Source of the DNA: Myxococcales bacterium
Lineage (GTDB): Bacteria > Myxococcota_A > Polyangia > Polyangiales > Polyangiaceae
DNA length: 64,000 nucleotides
NCBI GenBank assembly: GCA_043747615.1
Contig: JAYTOU010000044.1
Span: 25,754 to 89,753, forward strand
Reading direction: 5' to 3'
Shown here: positions 9,240 to 17,845 of the stretch, piece after piece
Numbering within the stretch: position 1 is the first letter of the stretch
Layout: the number at the start of each line of letters is the position of its first letter
The notes under the pieces: generated by a model
The model's database searches: none
What the model saw: only the letters and a program-made list of their open reading frames with translations
What the model was told of the DNA's origin: nothing
Made by a program: the position numbers and the translations under genes

Positions 9240-9623
9240 ATGCTTCATGCCGCCGTGTGGATCGATCATCAGGAAGCGAAGATTTTCCATGTCGACCCGG
9301 AGTGCGTCGACGCAACCACGGTCCACGGTCCGCAGCGCCACGTACGGCGGCACCGCGGCGTGCGAGCGGAAAGAGGCCTCCCCGGCGAGGCGGAGCCGTT
9401 CTATCGTGAGGTCGTCCAGGCGCTCGAAGGCGCGGAGAAGATCCTCGTGCTCGGACCTGCCACGGCGAAACACGACTTCGTCGAGCACGTCTACAAGTAC
9501 GATCAGGTGCTCGCCCCGAAAATCGTGGGGGTCCAATGGGTCGACGACACGGCCGATGGTGAGTTCTTAAAGTTCGTGCGTGGCTACTTCCGCGCTGCGG
9601 AGCGAAAGGCCTGGCGGGTGTGA
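9240..9623 (+). CDS. Small eRF1/host-attachment-like ('translational machinery') protein
   Basis: HAAVWIDHQEAKIF, FYREVVQAL...ILVLGPATAKHDF, KIVGV pattern. Confidence 0.75.
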   Translation: MLHAAVWIDHQEAKIFHVDPECVDATTVHGPQRHVRRHRGVRAERGLPGEAEPFYREVVQALEGAEKILVLGPATAKHDFVEHVYKYDQVLAPKIVGVQWVDDTADGEFLKFVRGYFRAAERKAWRV

Positions 9624-9651
9624 TTCCGACACGGCGCGTCGAAATGACCCA
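9617..9651. promoter_or_regulatory. Paired enhancer motif (site D)
   Basis: GGTGTGATTCCGACAC-ggc-GCGTCGAAATGACCCA. Confidence 0.55.
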
Positions 9652-9712
9652 GCCGCTCTACCGCGACGACGGCGAGCACCACGGTGCGTTGCGAGGAGCA
9701 GACTTCCCGTGT

Positions 9713-10966
9713 TCACGCGACCGGCTGCGGGACAACGTCGCGCCTGGTTGCGATCGCGCATGCGTGCCTCAGCGTCACGCTGCTGGCGAGCACCGACACG
9801 CAAAGCACCGGCCACATCGCCGCAAAGCCGTGGGTGGACACGAAGAGCGGACGTAGGAGATCGATCGCAATACCGGTGATCGTCGGACCGAGGAGCGTCC
9901 CCACGCCGCTACTCACATCAAAGAGGCCTGCCATGGTGCCATGGCTGCGCGAGGGCATCAGGCGCATGAGGAGCGCGTATGGCAGGGCGACCGCCGCCCC
10001 TCCGGAGAGCGCGATGAACGGAAAGGCGATCCCGAGAAGAACGGTGGACGTCGAGAAGGTGCCGAGGCCGAGCCCAAGCCCGAAGACGGTAAGTGCGATC
10101 GAAAGGACGCGGGGAGTGCCGTGTCGGTCCGCAAGCTTGCCGGACACCAGCGCGCCGAGTACGGCTCCGACGGCGACGACGGACATCACCGCCGCAGTGA
10201 ACTTCATGCTCTTGCCCAGCCCCTCGGTCAGCCAGAGAACGACGAAGCTCTTGAGGCCGCCGAGTCCGAGCGTCAGGAGCGCGTTGCCGATGACGAAGTA
10301 TCGGATGTCGGGATGGTCACGGAGTAGCGCCAAGACCTCCGCGGCAGGCGAGCGCGGATCGCGTTCTGCCTCCGCATGCTGCCAGCGGCGTCCGCGGAGT
10401 CCCACCACGAGGACCGCGGTCGAAAGGAGCAGAGCGGTTGCAGCGGCGAGGTAAGGCAGAGGCCGCCAGACGTCGAGAAGGAACCCCCCACCGACGAGTG
10501 CGCAGCCGAGGCCGATCTCGCTGAAGACGCCCTGGATTCCCTGCGCGCGCCCGCTCGCACCCTCGGAGACGAGATCGGGGTAGAGCGCGCGGTACGGCGC
10601 AAAGTACGTGAAATAGGCGAGATAGAAGAAGAACGCCTCCACGGCCATGACCGAGAGCGAGGGCGCGAACGGGAGGAGGCAGAGCGAAACGGCCGCAACC
10701 GGAGCGGTGGCCATGAGGTACGGGAGACGGCGGCCGAACGGCGTAACCGTCCGATCGGAGAATCTGCCCACCCAGACCGGAATGAGCACCGCGATGAGCC
10801 CCTCGCCACCGACGAGCGCGCCGATGATTGCGGTGGACGACGTGAACCTGTGCGCGAGCACCGGGAGGTAGGTCGACAGGACCGTGAGGCACAAGGACAG
10901 CCCAATGCTCGGGACGCCGAGGAGCAGAACGAGCCGTCGCTCATCCTTCGATAGGCTAATACCCAT
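9713..10966 (-). CDS. MFS transporter (sugar/glycoside type)
   Basis: About 12 TMs; GRFSDRTVTPFGRRLPY, APYRALYPD, GKLADRHG. Confidence 0.92.
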   Translation of the reverse strand: MGISLSKDERRLVLLLGVPSIGLSLCLTVLSTYLPVLAHRFTSSTAIIGALVGGEGLIAVLIPVWVGRFSDRTVTPFGRRLPYLMATAPVAAVSLCLLPFAPSLSVMAVEAFFFYLAYFTYFAPYRALYPDLVSEGASGRAQGIQGVFSEIGLGCALVGGGFLLDVWRPLPYLAAATALLLSTAVLVVGLRGRRWQHAEAERDPRSPAAEVLALLRDHPDIRYFVIGNALLTLGLGGLKSFVVLWLTEGLGKSMKFTAAVMSVVAVGAVLGALVSGKLADRHGTPRVLSIALTVFGLGLGLGTFSTSTVLLGIAFPFIALSGGAAVALPYALLMRLMPSRSHGTMAGLFDVSSGVGTLLGPTITGIAIDLLRPLFVSTHGFAAMWPVLCVSVLASSVTLRHACAIATRRDVVPQPVA

Positions 10967-11053
10967 GTGCAGCGGTCGTGACTATATCCGCGTTCTCGAC
11001 GGAACGTGCAACGCGTTCGGATTGCAAGAAACAGGGCAAGCGATGAAAAATTC

Positions 11054-12700
11054 ATGAAGGTGGCTGACAGCGCAGGGAAGCCCGCGGATCCGTCGATCCT
11101 GGTGAACGTTCCCAGACTCGTCACGGCCTACTACACGGAGAGGCCCGACCCTTCGGTGCCGGCAGAGCGCGTTGCGTTCGGCACGTCGGGACATCGTGGT
11201 TCGGCATTCAAGAAGGCTTTCAACGAGTGGCATATCCTCGCCATCACCCAGGCCATTTGCCTCTATCGGAAGGCGAAGGGGATCGACGGCCCGCTGTTTC
11301 TCGGCATGGACACCCATGCCCTCTCGGTGCCCGCGCGCGCGAGTGCACTCGAGGTGCTGGCCGCAAACGGCGTGAACGTCATGATCGCGGGGAAGGATGA
11401 GTACACGCCTACGCCCGCCGTCTCTCACGCGATCCTCACGTACAACCGGGGCCGCAAGACAGGACTGGCAGACGGTATCGTCATCACGCCCTCCCACAAT
11501 CCTCCGCATGACGGCGGGTTCAAATACAATCCCCCCAACGGCGGGCCAGCGGCATCGGCCGTCACCAGCGCCATCGAAGCGAAGGCTAACGAATTTCTTG
11601 CGGCTGCTCTTCTCGATGTGAAGAGAATTCCCTTCGAGCGCGCTCTTCGCGCCGGCACCACGCACACCCACGACTATCTCGACGCCTACGTCACCGATCT
11701 CGCCAACGTGATCGACATGGATGTCATTCGCTCGGTGAACATTCGAATCGGGGTGGATCCGCTCGGCGGTGCTGGCGTCCATTACTGGGGGCCGATTGCC
11801 GAGCGATACGGCCTGAATCTGACGGTCGTGAACGACTTCGTCGATCCCACCTTCCGTTTCATGACCGTGGACTGGGACGGCCAAATCCGCATGGACCCGT
11901 CGTCTCCTTACGCGATGGAGAGGTTGATCGGCCTGAAGGATCAATTCGAGATCGCCTTCGCGTGCGACACCGATCACGACCGGCACGGGATAGTCACCCG
12001 CAACGCGGGGCTGCTCGCGCCGAACCATTATCTTTCGGTCGCCATTTTTTATCTCCTCCACCACCGGCCGAACTGGGGCACGGAGGCGGCGGTCGGGAAG
12101 ACGGTCGTGAGCACTCAGCTCATCGATCGGATCACCGCGAAGCTCGGTCGAAAGCTCTACGAAGTGCCGGTGGGCTTCAAGTGGTTCGTCGATGGTCTGC
12201 TCGACGGCTCGCTCGCCGTCGGTGTGGAGGAGAGCGCGGGTGCCTCTTTTCTCCGGCTGGATGGCCACGTCTGGACGACGGACAAAGACGGGATCGTCCC
12301 CGCCCTGCTTGCTGCGGAGATCACGGCGCGGATGGGTCGCGATCCCGGTGAGATCTACGGCGAGCTGACACGCGACTTCGGTGAGCCGCTCTACGATCGG
12401 GTCGAGGCGCCGGCCACCCCGAAGCAAAAGCTCAGGCTCGCGAAACTCTCCTCGGATCAGATCCAGTTGAAAGAGCTTGCGGGCGAAAGCATTCAGAACA
12501 TCCTTACCTCCGCACCGGGCAACGGCGCGGCCATCGGTGGAGTCAAGGTGATGGCCGAGAGCGGATGGTTTGCGGCGCGGCCTTCAGGAACCGAAGACAT
12601 CTACAAGATCTACGCGGAGAGTTTTCGGGGAGCGCAGCATCTGCGCCGCATTCTTGAAGAAGCCCAAACGATCGTCGGGCCGGCTCTCGGCGAAGATTGA
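11054..12700 (+). CDS. pgm: Phosphoglucomutase (alpha-D-glucose-1,6-bisphosphate-dependent)
   Basis: FGTSGHRG, TPSHNP, DTDHDR, RPSGTE. Confidence 0.97.
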   Translation: MKVADSAGKPADPSILVNVPRLVTAYYTERPDPSVPAERVAFGTSGHRGSAFKKAFNEWHILAITQAICLYRKAKGIDGPLFLGMDTHALSVPARASALEVLAANGVNVMIAGKDEYTPTPAVSHAILTYNRGRKTGLADGIVITPSHNPPHDGGFKYNPPNGGPAASAVTSAIEAKANEFLAAALLDVKRIPFERALRAGTTHTHDYLDAYVTDLANVIDMDVIRSVNIRIGVDPLGGAGVHYWGPIAERYGLNLTVVNDFVDPTFRFMTVDWDGQIRMDPSSPYAMERLIGLKDQFEIAFACDTDHDRHGIVTRNAGLLAPNHYLSVAIFYLLHHRPNWGTEAAVGKTVVSTQLIDRITAKLGRKLYEVPVGFKWFVDGLLDGSLAVGVEESAGASFLRLDGHVWTTDKDGIVPALLAAEITARMGRDPGEIYGELTRDFGEPLYDRVEAPATPKQKLRLAKLSSDQIQLKELAGESIQNILTSAPGNGAAIGGVKVMAESGWFAARPSGTEDIYKIYAESFRGAQHLRRILEEAQTIVGPALGED

Positions 12701-12787
12701 ACGCGGCTTGCCCTGCTCGATGGCAGCCGGATCCGTATGGAGGCGTGTTGAAGGTCGAAAACGGATTCGGCTGGCAAACCAACTAAG

Positions 12788-14146
12788 TTGAGCACCCAAG
12801 AGCGAGAGCGCGTTCTTGATTTGCTCAAGCGGCATGGCTGGAATGCCACGTCCTTCCAGATCCTCGAGGAAGGATTTCGCTATTGGTTCGACGACGACGC
12901 GTGCGTCGCCTACCTGGACACAGGGAGCGCGTGGGTCGTCGCTGGAACGCCGGTCGCGGCACCCGCGCGGATTGGCGACGTGGCAACACGCTTCTCTGCG
13001 ACGGCGAAGCTCCGCGGCAAGCGCGTCTGCTTCTTTGCTACCGAGGGGCGATTTTCCACAGCGCCCTTCGCCGCGATGCAGATCGGAGAGCAGCCCGTGT
13101 GGGATCCCCGGGGGTGGGACGAGACCGTGCGGAGGACGCCAAGCCTCAGGGAGCAATTGCGGCGCGCGCGCGCAAAGAACGTCCGTGTTCGAATGGTGAG
13201 CGCCTCCGAGATTGTCGACCCATCGCTCCCCACGCGCGCATCGATCGAGGCTCTCATCGTGCGCTGGCTGCAGTCGCGATCCATGGCGCCAATGGGGTTC
13301 TTGGTCGACGTGCAGCCCTTCTCGTTTGCTGCCGAGCGAAAGTATTTCGTCGCTGAGCATGCGGGTCGGATCGTGGGCTTTCTTGCGTCGGTTCCCGTGT
13401 ACGCGCGAAAGGGCTGGTTCCTGGAAGATCTCGTGCGCGACGCCTCGGCGCCGAATGGCACCTCGGAGACGCTCGTGGACGCCGCGCTTCGCCAGGCCGC
13501 GGAAGAAGGAAGCGAGTACGTAACCCTAGGACTCGCGCCGATGGCCGGCGCCACTGGCTGGCTCCGGGCGGTCAAGCAGTCGACGTCGGCGCTCTATGAC
13601 TTCCGCGGCGTTCACGCGTTCAAGGCGAAGCTCCGTCCAGATACGTGGGAGCCGATCTACTTGGCGTATCCCTCGGTCTCGGGTGGCAATCGCGCTCTGT
13701 ACGATTCCCTCGCGGCGTTCGCGCGTGGCCGCTTTGCGCGCTTCGGGATGCAGACGCTCCTTCGAGGTCCGGCGATCGTCGTCCGCATTCTTGCTGCGCT
13801 TCTCGTCCCATGGACGATGCTCGTCGCGCTCGCCGATGGGCCCCATTATTTCCCATGGTGGTGGATAAAATGGGGCTGGGTTCTCTTCGATAGTGCTCTC
13901 GTTGTCGCGCTCTTCGCCCTCGCCGTGAGGTGGCGACGCTTCCTTGGAGTGCTTGTGGCCGCGGCGGTCACAGCGGACTCGGCGCTCACGCTGGTCCAGG
14001 TCGCCCTCTACAATTTCCCGCGAGCCCAGAGCGCGCTCGATGCCCTCGTCATTGTCATCGCTTGCCTGTCACCGACATTCGCCGCGCTGACCTTGTGGGG
14101 CGCGGTCGCCCGAGCCACGCGGACTGGAGCACCGAAGCACTGTTGA
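12788..14146 (+). CDS. DUF2156 / aminoacyl-phosphatidylglycerol synthase-domain protein with C-terminal TMs
   Basis: WVVAGTPV, LREQLRRA, RDASAPNGTSETL, LGLAPM, YDFRGVHAFKAKL, followed by about four TM helices. Confidence 0.85.
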   Translation: MSTQERERVLDLLKRHGWNATSFQILEEGFRYWFDDDACVAYLDTGSAWVVAGTPVAAPARIGDVATRFSATAKLRGKRVCFFATEGRFSTAPFAAMQIGEQPVWDPRGWDETVRRTPSLREQLRRARAKNVRVRMVSASEIVDPSLPTRASIEALIVRWLQSRSMAPMGFLVDVQPFSFAAERKYFVAEHAGRIVGFLASVPVYARKGWFLEDLVRDASAPNGTSETLVDAALRQAAEEGSEYVTLGLAPMAGATGWLRAVKQSTSALYDFRGVHAFKAKLRPDTWEPIYLAYPSVSGGNRALYDSLAAFARGRFARFGMQTLLRGPAIVVRILAALLVPWTMLVALADGPHYFPWWWIKWGWVLFDSALVVALFALAVRWRRFLGVLVAAAVTADSALTLVQVALYNFPRAQSALDALVIVIACLSPTFAALTLWGAVARATRTGAPKHC

Positions 14147-14270
14147 CTCGGAGGGTGTACGATCATCGGTCATGAGCAAAGTTCTCCGGCTCGCAATGGG
14201 CGTTTGTGTCAGAGTGGAACGCGCAAGCGCTCCGGCCTGGCGGTGGTGAGCCAGACGCAGCCCAATGCGC

Positions 14271-16214
14271 CTACCCGCGGCGCGCTTGACCAGTCACCGA
14301 AAGATAGACGGCGGTGATCTCCGCTTCGTCGACGAGACCGACGACCCTCCCCGACTCGTCCGTCACGATCAGCTCCCGAACGCTGTTGATGAGCATGCGC
14401 TCGAGCGCCGCGTTCAATTCCTCGTCTTCGCGCGCGAAGAGCGGGGGCGACATCATGTCGTCGGCGAGGGCGAACGTGCGCAGCTCCGGTTCGGTAACCG
14501 TTGTCCGGAGGATGTCGGCGCTGATCACCCCAAGCAAGAGACCGTCCTTTCCCAGCACCGGGAACGCGTCTTGTCCCTCGGATCCGGCGACGCGCCGGAT
14601 CACGTCGACCGCTGAGGTATTGCGCTCGAATGCTACCCAAGGTCGATCTCGCACGACGACTTCGGTCACGCGAACGCCTTTCAAGATGTCGAAAATGAGG
14701 TCGTCGCGATGGGCAGCCGAGTCGCGCATGGTTGCGACCTGCGCGTGGTAGAGCGATCTGTTCCGAAGAGCGACGAGCGCGATGCCCTCAGCCAGCATGA
14801 GCGGGACGAGGAGGTCGTAGCTTCCTGCGAGCTCGCAGGTCATGACGAGGGAGCCGAGCGGGACGTGCGCGAGGCCGCCGTAGAAGGTGCCCATTCCGAC
14901 GAGCGCGAATGCACCAGGATCGACGTGCGCGTGCGGAAAAACAATCTGCGCGGCATGTCCGAAGGCGCCGCCAAAGAGGCCCCCGAGCACCATCGACGGA
15001 CCGAAATCTCCTGCGCTTCCGCCCGATCCGACCGTCAGCGACGTCGCGATCAGCTTCACGACTCCGAGCAAGACGAGCAACTCCACACCGCGCCAACCCT
15101 GGGGAAGCCAGTTTGCTCCGAGGATGGCGACCTGGGCCGCGCCGTAGCCACCTCCGAGAATGCCGAGACCTTGCCCCTCTCCGAGGTGCGCTCCGAGAAA
15201 GTAGACGGCAGGCGTCGCAACGAGTCCGAGGAGCAGTCCCCCGATGGCCGGCTTGAGCCAGTCCGGAGCGCGACTACGCCCCGACAGATCGCGAACTTTG
15301 TGCAGCGTCCAGAGGAAGCTCGCGGCGACGCCTGAGATCACGAGCGCCATCACCACGTAAAGAGGTAATTGGCTCGGTATGAACGCGTATTTCGCGGCGT
15401 GCGCGAAGAGCGTCGACTCCCCCGTAAACGAAATGAACACGGAGTACGAAACAACGCTCGCGAGCACGGCCGGCACGAGCGCTTCGGATTCTATGTCGTC
15501 GCGATGAAGGATCTCGACCGCGAGGATCGCCGCGCCGAGTGGCGTGCGGAAGACCGCCGCCATACCCGCCGCAGTCCCGGCGACGAGGAGAATGCGTCGC
15601 TCACGGTCTGTCACTCGGAGATAGCGGCCTACGAGCGATCCGATGGAGCCTCCGATCTGCATCGTTGGGCCTTCGCGTCCGCCCGATCCTCCGAAACCGA
15701 GAGTCGTGATTGACGCGAGCATCTTGACGAAGGGAACGCGCCGGCGAACGACGCCAGCGCTGTTGTGAAAGGCGCCGATGATCGCGTCGGTGCCTCCCCC
15801 ACGCGTCTCGGGTGCGAGCGAAGACAGGAGACCGCCAGCGAGGGCGCCAATGGCCGGAAGCAACCACAGGATCCACGGGCGAAACGGCGACGTGTGGTCA
15901 TCGAGTGCGGGTTGCTCTCCGGCGGCGCGCAAGGGAACGTAGCCGGCGAGCCGCTCGAGAACGAAGTGCTGGGTCAGCTCGAGGCCCTCCACGAAGAGAA
16001 GTCCGGCGAAACCAACCGCGGCGCCCACGAGCGCCGCATGAAGCAGCACACGCCCGAGGAGCTTGAGCGTGGGCGATGTCCCGGCGAATAGTTTTCGCTG
16101 GAGGAGCCCGACGAGGCGACCTCTTCGGCTGCTCGCGTCCGCCGCGCGCACACCGGTGACGGAGGAAATGCCGGGAAGGTGCGGGCTGGAGTCCACGAGT
16201 GAGCTGCGCGTCAT
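14271..16214 (-). CDS. ClC chloride channel/H+ antiporter with CBS domains
   Basis: GSGGREGP, GGSAGDFGP, C-terminal CBS pair; GGAGG SD before ATG 16214. Confidence 0.93.
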   Translation of the reverse strand: MTRSSLVDSSPHLPGISSVTGVRAADASSRRGRLVGLLQRKLFAGTSPTLKLLGRVLLHAALVGAAVGFAGLLFVEGLELTQHFVLERLAGYVPLRAAGEQPALDDHTSPFRPWILWLLPAIGALAGGLLSSLAPETRGGGTDAIIGAFHNSAGVVRRRVPFVKMLASITTLGFGGSGGREGPTMQIGGSIGSLVGRYLRVTDRERRILLVAGTAAGMAAVFRTPLGAAILAVEILHRDDIESEALVPAVLASVVSYSVFISFTGESTLFAHAAKYAFIPSQLPLYVVMALVISGVAASFLWTLHKVRDLSGRSRAPDWLKPAIGGLLLGLVATPAVYFLGAHLGEGQGLGILGGGYGAAQVAILGANWLPQGWRGVELLVLLGVVKLIATSLTVGSGGSAGDFGPSMVLGGLFGGAFGHAAQIVFPHAHVDPGAFALVGMGTFYGGLAHVPLGSLVMTCELAGSYDLLVPLMLAEGIALVALRNRSLYHAQVATMRDSAAHRDDLIFDILKGVRVTEVVVRDRPWVAFERNTSAVDVIRRVAGSEGQDAFPVLGKDGLLLGVISADILRTTVTEPELRTFALADDMMSPPLFAREDEELNAALERMLINSVRELIVTDESGRVVGLVDEAEITAVYLSVTGQARRG

Positions 16215-16261
16215 ACACCTCCGACGCACGGGCGTGAAACCTCCGAGGGAATGCCGCCGCC

Positions 16262-16524
16262 TCAGCCGCGTTCGATGATCGCTTTGAGCTGAGCGAGATC
16301 TCTTCGGTCGGCGCGGCGCCTGGCCGCCGCCATGAAGGGAGCGACGATGCTCGAGAACCCGTTCGGCTCACCGTGGTTTCGGAGAGTCAGTCGCGTCTTG
16401 CCAGCGTCCAACGCCCCGCAGGTGTACGTCGTCTCCATCGGCAACGGCCCTTCCGCCGTACGCATCACGAGGCGCTCGCCCGGAACGAAGTCGGCAACGT
16501 CGTAAGTGGACGCGATGCGTCGGT
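16262..16524 (-). pseudogene. SRPBCC/polyketide-cyclase family gene, C-terminal half only
   Basis: RRIASTYDVADFVPGERLVMRTAEGPLPMETTYT...TLRNHGEP...DLAQLKAIIE; 5' half replaced by IS21 sequence. Confidence 0.75.
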
Positions 16525-16770
16525 CGCACAAGGTTTTGGTCGAGGGGCAGAGCATTCGGCAGACGGCGCGGGAGATCGGGATCTCGCGAAAGACGGTGAA
16601 GCGGTACCTGGTCGAGGCCGCGCAGGTGCGGGTGGAGCAGGCTGCGCGGGGCCGTCCTGTGTTGGAGAAGGTCGGTCCTCGGATCGACGCGCTGCTCGGC
16701 GACTTCCCGCGATGGACGGCGGCAAGCAGCGGCTGACGGCGACGAGGCGGCACGCGATGCTGGTCATGGG
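16525..16770 (+). mobile_element. istA: IS21-family transposase (istA) N-terminal remnant, frameshifted
   Basis: HKVLVEGQSIRQTAREIGISRKTVKRYL HTH and RPVLEKVGPRIDALL, continuing in another frame as GKQRLTATR; no catalytic domain. Confidence 0.75.
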
Positions 16771-16812
16771 TTCGCCCCATCCGCATTCCGTCGGTGGACA
16801 GCGCAGTACGGA

Positions 16813-17610
16813 ATGCCGCACGTCGACTACACGCCCACCGACGAAGAGCGGGGCCAGGCATCGGCGTGGCGGGCAGAGCGGACGCTGGGGACCGCGTGGC
16901 GCGCTTATCGGGCGTTCTGCCAGGACCCGCGCTGGGCGACCGACAGCGAGTTACCGGTGTTCGACGAGGACGACAACGCACACGAAGAGTACGAGCAGCG
17001 CGTGACGCTTCACATGCGGGCGGACGCTAGGGTCGTGCTCGTCTGCGAGAAGGGCCACATCCTCGACGCTATCGACACCTGGAGAAATTCCGAGCGACCG
17101 AGTGTTGCGCACGCGTGGAAGGCGTCGCTCGCGTGGGCGCCTTCTCTGCCTTCGCGTTGGACCTCGCGCATTCTTGCGAGCCATGCGAAGGACGTCGGCG
17201 CCCCGCTCGCATACTTCGGCGATCTCGATCCGCAGGCGTTGCATGCGTTCGCCGTACTCCGCGCGGGCAGCCATCGCGCGCTCTTGAGTGGAAAACCAAA
17301 AGGTCCAACCGTGACCTGGATCGGCCTCGACAGTGGCTGGCTCGAAGTTGTCTGCCGGCACTTCCGAACCGACGAAATCCCTGTGCAGATGAAGATTCGA
17401 TTGGATTGGCTCGACCAAGAGTATTGGGAGCTCGTCAAGCGGCTCGTTCCTGACGTGCGCAAACTCATCGGGGCGCGCGGATTCGCTCTCTTGGAGAGCG
17501 GTGTGAAGCTTGAGGCCGACGCCCTCTTGCACATGAGGGAAGCATTCCTCGACGAGTTCGGGCGGCGAGTCGGTCGCCTCGTTCGCAAGCGAGGGCACCC
17601 GCACTCATGA
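16813..17610 (+). CDS. Stand-alone TOPRIM-domain protein of the TopoVI-A/Spo11/JetD type
   Basis: Ordered motifs ARVVLVCEK, PLAYFGDLDP, LRAGS, WIGLDS, GVKLEADAL. Confidence 0.7.
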   Translation: MPHVDYTPTDEERGQASAWRAERTLGTAWRAYRAFCQDPRWATDSELPVFDEDDNAHEEYEQRVTLHMRADARVVLVCEKGHILDAIDTWRNSERPSVAHAWKASLAWAPSLPSRWTSRILASHAKDVGAPLAYFGDLDPQALHAFAVLRAGSHRALLSGKPKGPTVTWIGLDSGWLEVVCRHFRTDEIPVQMKIRLDWLDQEYWELVKRLVPDVRKLIGARGFALLESGVKLEADALLHMREAFLDEFGRRVGRLVRKRGHPHS

Positions 17611-17746
17611 CGCCGCTCGTGTGTGATCTCGGGTACCCCTCGAAGGCGTCGCAAAAGCTCGTGCTTGGAATGCATGGCTGAGGTGGCGCGCTCGCCGCCG
17701 TCTGTCCATACTAAGGAACAATTCTTCGATGCTCACTTACGCGATG

Positions 17747-17834
17747 GGTCCGCATAACAATCTGTAATTACATACATATTATGCCTACATTGCGTTGCAC
17801 GTTGTCAGAAGAGTCTGGCCTGCTATCTTACTGA
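17747..17834. promoter_or_regulatory. AT-rich promoter/operator region of the AbiE operon with dyad elements
   Basis: GCATAA...TGTAATTACA...TTATGC nested dyad (17752-17784) and TCAGAAGA/TCTTACTGA imperfect inverted repeat (17805-17834). Confidence 0.5.
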
Positions 17835-17845
17835 AAGAGCTACCA

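Noticed and set aside
9620..9856. 78-aa ORF after the eRF1-like gene
   Set aside because: Overlaps enhancer D and the MFS 3' end; no recognisable features.
11000..11015. GG-N10-GC upstream of pgm (CGGAACG-TGCA-ACGCG)
   Set aside because: Poor -12 match and no paired enhancer nearby.
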